Below are positions 62,201-64,000 of a stretch of 64,000 nt of DNA, in pieces. Below the pieces are notes generated by a model, which was not told the origin of the DNA, did not search any database, and was given only the letters and a program-made list of their open reading frames with translations. The stretch is from Phoronis australis (Eukaryota > Animalia > Phoronida), in the NCBI GenBank assembly GCA_002633005.1, contig NMRA01000228.1, forward strand, positions 298,120 through 362,119, given 5' to 3'. The position numbers and the translations under genes are program-made. The number at the start of each line of letters is the position of its first letter. The first letter of the stretch is position 1.

Positions 62201-64000
62201 TGAAAATGTGCCTGATTTCCAAAACGAGGTCATTCGCTTTCTTACCTCCAGGACAAAGGAGAGTTCTATTGCTGTGCAATTCGGGACAGCCATACTGAGC
62301 AGGAATACCCATACAACCCTGGTAGTCATATTTGACCAGCAGTTCATTATTCACTGCCTCATAAAGTCCTGTCAACAGACTGCACCTTTCGTATAGTTTT
62401 GATATAACACGTATGTAACTAATAAGTTTATATCTTGTGCATGAGCTTGGAATCCTGCTTGATCTCAAGATCACACATTCAGGCAATCGTGTGAAATTTT
62501 TTGTTCAGCGTAAAGACTTTTTTTGTAGTAATTAGCCTCACGGTCACCTATTTTCTCCTTTACCGTAACTTGTGTCACAGAAACGGAGTGCAAATTGATT
62601 AACCAATAATTGTTTTGGTACTGGTAAATAAGATCGGCAATAGTTGAAAAAGCCATTGAAGGTTGGTTAAAATTAACATTATTTTGTTGTCATGTAATTT
62701 ACTTTAATGTGGTACAAAGTTTTATCAACGTGAACATGATTATTTATAGTGATGTTGTCAAGTTCACGCATACCCGGCCATGAAGAGCAAAGAAGAGGCT
62801 TAACTGGGACGTCGGACAAACCAACATTCAGATTGTGTTGTCACTGACTGAAACATTTTCAAGAAAGATCGCTCTAGTCGGCTGTCGACTGTGTAATACA
62901 AGCAAGTGTTGGCTTATGTAGCAAACGAGCACGTTAGGGAAAGATTTTCTTTCAGTAATGATTTTACTCAAAACAATCATCAAAGTTACTATTTATTAAT
63001 GGCTGGGATGACCTAACAACAAACACTGAATTGTTTTTTAATGAGAATTGACAGCATGGTGAGCAAAAAAACTTTCTTTCAATTTGCTATTATTGAAATT
63101 TTTTTGCAAAACAATAATTCACATTTTTTTCATGATCTCATTCTGTGAGCTACATAGTGGCGAAACTATGGTAAAACTTAAGTTTTACACATTGAACTAA
63201 ACATGAACCAAATCTTTAAATTCACCAAAGAAATAGGTGGCGATAATGACGATGTTCCACAAGGTGTCCAAAAAGTCACTAATGTTGAAATATTCATTGA
63301 AGTTGGAATGTAATTGTTACAAGATAAGTCCACCTGCCCTCTATCCTCATTCCTACGAGATGGGTAGCTTGGTTGGCTAAACCTCAAATTATTTTTTCTA
63401 ATTTTAATTCTCATCATTATTTTTCAAAAAATATTTGTTTTTTACAACTGAAAAATATTTCTTTTTACAGATTGCAAATTAAATGTTTTGAATGCCCACA
63501 GCACTGAGATCCTGGCTTCCTAGTTTCCTTTTACCATGGTGTATACATTTAAGGGCATGCACTCATGTTCAAAATAAAGTTTCTTTCAAAGAAAATTTAC
63601 AATCCAATTTTTTTTAATATAAGGATGCATGCACCTAGAATTCACTTGATACATTTAGAAAGCACAGGTGGCCATTCTTTGCATATTATAAGAGTAAGTT
63701 TTAAACAGGAATTCATTTTTGCCAGTATCATCAAAACATTCAAGTGTTAAATATAAAAATACCATTTTGTAATCAGATAAATTCAGATTCACTGACACTA
63801 TTACTTAGCAATGTGATTCTCTGTCAAGTGCACATCTGCTTAGCGTCACACACTCTGAGAGACAGGCAGAGATAGTATTAGACTTGCCAAAACTTCTATT
63901 TCACGAACCTGTTGAGCAATAATTACTATAACATGTATGGCTCTCGTAAGTTTTAACTCATGAAGCCTACACACGTCTAATGCACCACAAAATACAACAG

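Overview
Eukaryotic draft-assembly DNA, most likely from an invertebrate animal. It is AT-rich, has spliceosomal GT-AG introns and contains N-gaps. All recognisable host genes lie on the minus strand: an N-terminal coding exon of an OATP/SLCO transporter (1.9-2.2 kb); two tandem core-2/I-branching beta-1,6-GlcNAc-transferase (GCNT, GT14) paralogs, one intact (33.6-35.9 kb) and one frameshifted (16.5-20.6 kb); an unrecognised multi-exon gene with GRG motifs and a C-terminal RRM-like domain (45.2-49.0 kb); and three exons of TEFM (56.6-60.8 kb). The rest is dense in mobile DNA: a decayed Ty3/Gypsy element with two nested MITEs, L2/CR1 and Penelope fragments, Academ-like, THAP and P2X7-C-like remnants, TTAA-flanked Kolobok-like elements, tRNA-derived SINEs and foldback hairpins. 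Two patterns stand out. (1) A dispersed Helentron/DINE-like repeat has a 448-bp higher-order unit carrying a CTCF-like motif about every 150 bp. (2) About nine short elements with different bodies share the terminus CANNNGCGNAYYYAG and mostly have 5-bp target duplications. No prokaryotic-type system (CRISPR array, operon) is supported. All calls come from reading the sequence by eye, without database searches.
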